Origin: Oligoflexales bacterium
Lineage (GTDB): Bacteria > Bdellovibrionota_B > Oligoflexia > Oligoflexales > Bog-1112
Length of the DNA stretch: 64,000 nt
Assembly (NCBI GenBank): GCA_045105515.1
Contig: JBGCDR010000040.1
Coordinates: forward strand, 1 to 64,000
Direction of reading: 5' to 3'
Positions 60,470 through 64,000 of the stretch are shown here, in pieces. Below the pieces are notes generated by a model. The model did not search any database. It saw nothing but the letters and a program-made list of their open reading frames with translations, and was not told the origin of the DNA. The translations under genes were made by a program, and so were the position numbers. Every line of letters starts with the position of its first letter. Position 1 is the stretch's first letter.

Positions 60470-61501
60470 TTAAATATACCCAGGTCGAGCAGCTAGCTTT
60501 TTTTCCCATGCTAGAGACGACTCTATGATTTTTTTGAGATCTGCAAAATGCGGCGACCAGTCCAAAAGGCCCTGGATTTTTTCTGCTTTAGCTACCAACT
60601 TCGCTACATCACCAGGTCTACATTCTCCTACTTTTTTATTCAGTGAATGGCCTATAATTTCCTCGACTGCAGCTATAACCTCGTGCACGGAATAACCACA
60701 ATTGTAACCACAATTAATAGCCATGCTGTCACCACCCTTTTCAAGGTATTCTAAAGCTGCTAGATGGGCTCTAGCGAGATCTACAACGTGCACATAGTCA
60801 CGCACACAGCTTCCATCTGGAGTACTGTAATCCTCCCCGTAAATGGTAATCTGCTTCCGTTTCCCAGTTGCAACTTCGCAGGCTATTTTGATCAGGTGAG
60901 TTGAAACTTTAGAGCTTTGCCCAATCCTTAAATCAGGATCTGCTCCCGCAACATTAAAGTAACGAATTGCAGCGTAGCTCAATGGGTTTACTACAGCTAG
61001 ATCACTAAGCATCCACTCATCAATGAGCTTAGATTTACCATAAGGGTGGATAGGTCTTGTGATCCCACTCTCATCAATAGCTTCCTCATGGTCATCGCCG
61101 TAAACTGCCGCACTAGAAGATAATATAAAATGCTTTAATTGCATTTCTTTAGCAGATTCTAGCAAAGCGAGAGTATTTGCTACGTTATTATGATAGTACT
61201 CAAGCGGCAAATTGATGGATTCTGGTACAACAATAGAGCCTGCAAAATGAAGAACAGAGTCAATTTGATACTTTTCCATTACCTGAGTCATCAAGCTCCG
61301 ATCTCCACAATTTCCTTCTATCAGAATCTCCTGGTGTAAGAGTGCATCTTTGTGACCGGTAGAGAGATCATCAACTACAATGACCTGATATCCTGACTCA
61401 CTCAATTGGCAGCAAACATGACTGCCAATATATCCACAACCACCTGTAACTAATACGGATTTACTTTTTTGCTGCATCTTAATTCCCAAAGATTCATTCA
61501 A
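60470..61501 (-). CDS. galE: UDP-glucose 4-epimerase
   Basis: VTGGCGYIGSH, YxxxK (YGKSK), RYFNVAGA, DGSCVRDYVHV. Confidence 0.95.
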   Translation of the reverse strand: MNESLGIKMQQKSKSVLVTGGCGYIGSHVCCQLSESGYQVIVVDDLSTGHKDALLHQEILIEGNCGDRSLMTQVMEKYQIDSVLHFAGSIVVPESINLPLEYYHNNVANTLALLESAKEMQLKHFILSSSAAVYGDDHEEAIDESGITRPIHPYGKSKLIDEWMLSDLAVVNPLSYAAIRYFNVAGADPDLRIGQSSKVSTHLIKIACEVATGKRKQITIYGEDYSTPDGSCVRDYVHVVDLARAHLAALEYLEKGGDSMAINCGYNCGYSVHEVIAAVEEIIGHSLNKKVGECRPGDVAKLVAKAEKIQGLLDWSPHFADLKKIIESSLAWEKKLAARPGYI

Positions 61502-61649
61502 GCTTGTACCCTCCCATCTTTTATAGGCTCTAATAGAGATCTTTCCAATTAAAATTAAAGCTTAGCGAGCATGCAAGAATTCTTATATCTTTCACGGCCG
61601 CAGACTAAGACCATAAGTATTTGTAATATAGAATATAAATGCATTAATT

Positions 61650-61675
61650 TAAGAATAAAACTAAAAAGCCGATAT
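61650..61675 (+). promoter_or_regulatory. Sigma-28 (FliA)-like promoter TAAG-N14-GCCGATAT
   Basis: About 143 bp upstream of the lipoprotein at 61819. Confidence 0.5.
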
Positions 61676-61818
61676 TATTTACTGAAGCAATTCTAAGGCC
61701 TGATTTCGCTTAAAATTGCCGTGTATTAGGGTTAAAGCCCAATGGTGCGGACAGGCTTGCATGTATTATCCTGGGAGCAAAGGTGGATCAAATTTTCCAT
61801 CTTGAAAGTTAGAGACTT

Positions 61819-62484
61819 ATGGACGTGAAAATTTTTCATTTGATGTTATTTATGTTGCTAAGCGTGAGCTGTGCTGACGATCCCTTAGGTTCTTCAACTA
61901 ACAAGAAAGAATCGACAGAACAGCAGGAAACCCAAGGTGTTAACAGGCCTATTAGCGAAAATGCAACTCCAGTTGATGCAGTCAAACCGCTAGAGTCTGG
62001 GGAAACATGGTCTCTTCTAACCGAAGAAGACATATTTACTAGCAAACAAGACATCACTATTTACCGAACAACGGATACCGATGATGAACTTTGCGTATTG
62101 AGCCCTGGCCTTCAATTTATCATCCTATCGAAAGCAAATACATACCTTAAAATTCGTCTTGATCGAATTGCACAAGATGAGAATTGTCCATTGGAGGAAC
62201 AGTCTGTAGGGTTTATTAAGACCGAAGACTCAGAAACAAACTCCGAAACTGAGTTTGAAAGCTCTGAGCTTGAGCCCCATAGGCTAACTTATGATCTTAA
62301 GATTTATCGTAGCAACGATAAAACTGATCAAGCACTTTGCACTGTAGCAAAAGGTAACGCTGTATTAATTAACCCAAGCAATACAAGCATCCAGGTACCA
62401 TATAGCAAGCAGTGTGACCCAGACTTTAACCTCGGCTACTACCGATATGTTCCTGGCATCTGGTGGGAAGATCAGCCTAGGTAG
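61819..62484 (+). CDS. Uncharacterised lipoprotein with two Cys-pair repeats
   Basis: Lipobox LSVSC. Repeats DITIYRTTDTDDELCVL...C and DLKIYRSNDKTDQALCTV...C. Confidence 0.75.
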   Translation: MDVKIFHLMLFMLLSVSCADDPLGSSTNKKESTEQQETQGVNRPISENATPVDAVKPLESGETWSLLTEEDIFTSKQDITIYRTTDTDDELCVLSPGLQFIILSKANTYLKIRLDRIAQDENCPLEEQSVGFIKTEDSETNSETEFESSELEPHRLTYDLKIYRSNDKTDQALCTVAKGNAVLINPSNTSIQVPYSKQCDPDFNLGYYRYVPGIWWEDQPR

Positions 62485-62645
62485 TGACAATTCCCCTCAA
62501 GAGATAAGTTCAAAATATTTCTAACACTGCAAAAATAAAGCCACCTGATAGCAAAGCCTTGCATTCATAGGTAGGATTCATTAGAAAGGTATGCTGGTTC
62601 TAAACACAGCAAGCAATTAAAAGTATCCAGGAAAATAAAAAAATT

Positions 62646-64000
62646 ATGGAATCTTACCAAGTTATAGTTATTGGTGGAGGGCATGCAGGTTGTGAAGCAG
62701 CCCTAGCCTCAGCACGCATGGGTGTTAAAACTCTCCTGATGACTCAATCAGTAGATCGCATTGCTGCCATGAGCTGCAATCCGGCAATAGGTGGAACTGC
62801 TAAAGGACATTTAGTTAAAGAGATTGATGCACTAGGTGGAGAGATGGCAAAAGCCATAGACCAAACCGGCATCCAATTTCGCATACTAAATCGGAAGAAG
62901 GGTCCAGCAATTTGGTCATCTCGAGCCCAAGCTGACATGGGACTTTATAGTCGGTATATGAAGCATGCCTTAGAACAAACTGAAAACCTCGCAATTAAAC
63001 AAGATACCGTTGAAGGTCTTATTCTAGATCAGAGCAACAAAGACGCTCCAAAGGTGATAGGGGTAGATACCAAGATCTTTGGACAGATTATGGCTGAGAA
63101 AGTCGTTATCACAGCTGGAACCTTTCTTGATGGACTCATTCATATAGGTAAAAATAAAATCGGTGCCGGGCGAGCTGGAGATGCTCCATCTATAGGGCTT
63201 TCACAGTTTATTCGTAATTTCGGTTTTAGGGTAGGTAGGCTCAAAACAGGCACTACTCCAAGGCTTGATGCTAAAACAATCAATTGGAATATTCTTGAAC
63301 GTCAGGATTCAGATGCTGATATCATCCCTTTCAGTTTTTCTACACCAAAAATTGGTCAAAAACTTATCCCCTGTTACATAACCAAGACCAATGCTAAGAC
63401 TCATGAAGTAATTGCCAATCACATGGGTGAATCTCCTCTATATAGCGGCGAAATTACGGGAATTGGACCCCGTTACTGCCCGTCTATCGAGGATAAAATC
63501 GTAAAGTTCCCTGATCGATTATCACATCAGATCTTTTTAGAACCACAAGGCTATGACACCTGTGAAGTTTATCCTAATGGAATATCCACCTCTTTACCAT
63601 TAGCTGTACAAATAAAGTTTATCCGTACCATAGAAGGACTAGAAAATGCTGAGATTATTCGTCCTGGTTATGCTATTGAATATGATTTCGTTGATCCGAC
63701 CGAACTTAAAAATAACCTAGAGACAAAGAAAGTCTCTAATCTTTATCTCGCTGGTCAAGTCAACGGAACCACTGGCTATGAGGAAGCAGCAGCTCAGGGC
63801 CTACTAGCAGGCATAAACGCTGCTCTTGGCTGTAAAGGAAAAGATCCTTTAGTTTTAAGTCGCTCAAGAGCTTATATCGGAGTTCTGATAGACGACCTCA
63901 TAACTAAGGGTACCAATGAACCATACAGAATGTTTACTTCCCGTGCTGAACACCGCTTATTCCTTAGAGAAGATAATGCAGATACTCGCTTAACTGAAAT
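62646..64000 (+). CDS. mnmG: tRNA uridine 5-carboxymethylaminomethyl modification enzyme MnmG (GidA), runs off the window end
   Basis: Read directly from ATG 62646: [19 protein letters not shown]...MSCNPAIGG...[11 protein letters not shown]...[12 protein letters not shown]. No stop was seen before 64000. Confidence 0.97.
   Translation, partial: MESYQVIVIGGGHAGCEAALASARMGVKTLLMTQSVDRIAAMSCNPAIGGTAKGHLVKEIDALGGEMAKAIDQTGIQFRILNRKKGPAIWSSRAQADMGLYSRYMKHALEQTENLAIKQDTVEGLILDQSNKDAPKVIGVDTKIFGQIMAEKVVITAGTFLDGLIHIGKNKIGAGRAGDAPSIGLSQFIRNFGFRVGRLKTGTTPRLDAKTINWNILERQDSDADIIPFSFSTPKIGQKLIPCYITKTNAKTHEVIANHMGESPLYSGEITGIGPRYCPSIEDKIVKFPDRLSHQIFLEPQGYDTCEVYPNGISTSLPLAVQIKFIRTIEGLENAEIIRPGYAIEYDFVDPTELKNNLETKKVSNLYLAGQVNGTTGYEEAAAQGLLAGINAALGCKGKDPLVLSRSRAYIGVLIDDLITKGTNEPYRMFTSRAEHRLFLREDNADTRLTE

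Noticed and set aside
62484..62645. Replication origin beside mnmG (gidA)
   Set aside because: No DnaA-box cluster was seen in this short intergenic region.

Overview
AT-rich (roughly 39% GC by eye) bacterial chromosomal window. The gene repertoire (many orphan lipoproteins, TPR response regulator, Flp pilin, GspC-like PDZ protein, system I ccm genes, large NAD-glutamate dehydrogenase) suggests a Bdellovibrionota/Oligoflexia-like or other deltaproteobacterial-type organism; this is inference. Housekeeping genes include mtaB, hemF, ccmF/ccmH, alaS, cobB, pta, tas, sthA, galE, a 3'-truncated mnmG missing from the ORF track, and tRNA-Gly(GCC). The most interesting items are: (1) two adjacent paralogous lipoproteins (20490-23171) sharing a Cys-conserved FN3-like head and a Cys-bracketed helical stalk with two hydrophobic segments, a candidate two-component membrane-inserting system; (2) a recurrent sigma-28/FliA-like promoter TAA(G/A)-N14-16-NCCGATA upstream of this pair and five other mostly envelope genes; (3) a stand-alone NTT/Tlc nucleotide translocase; (4) a SerC homolog carrying a signal peptide; (5) a REP-like palindrome with an internal 8 x 24-bp tandem array between exbB and exbD; (6) a frameshifted beta-barrel gene and a 5'-broken aminotransferase. 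No CRISPR array, transposase, prophage or rRNA was seen.
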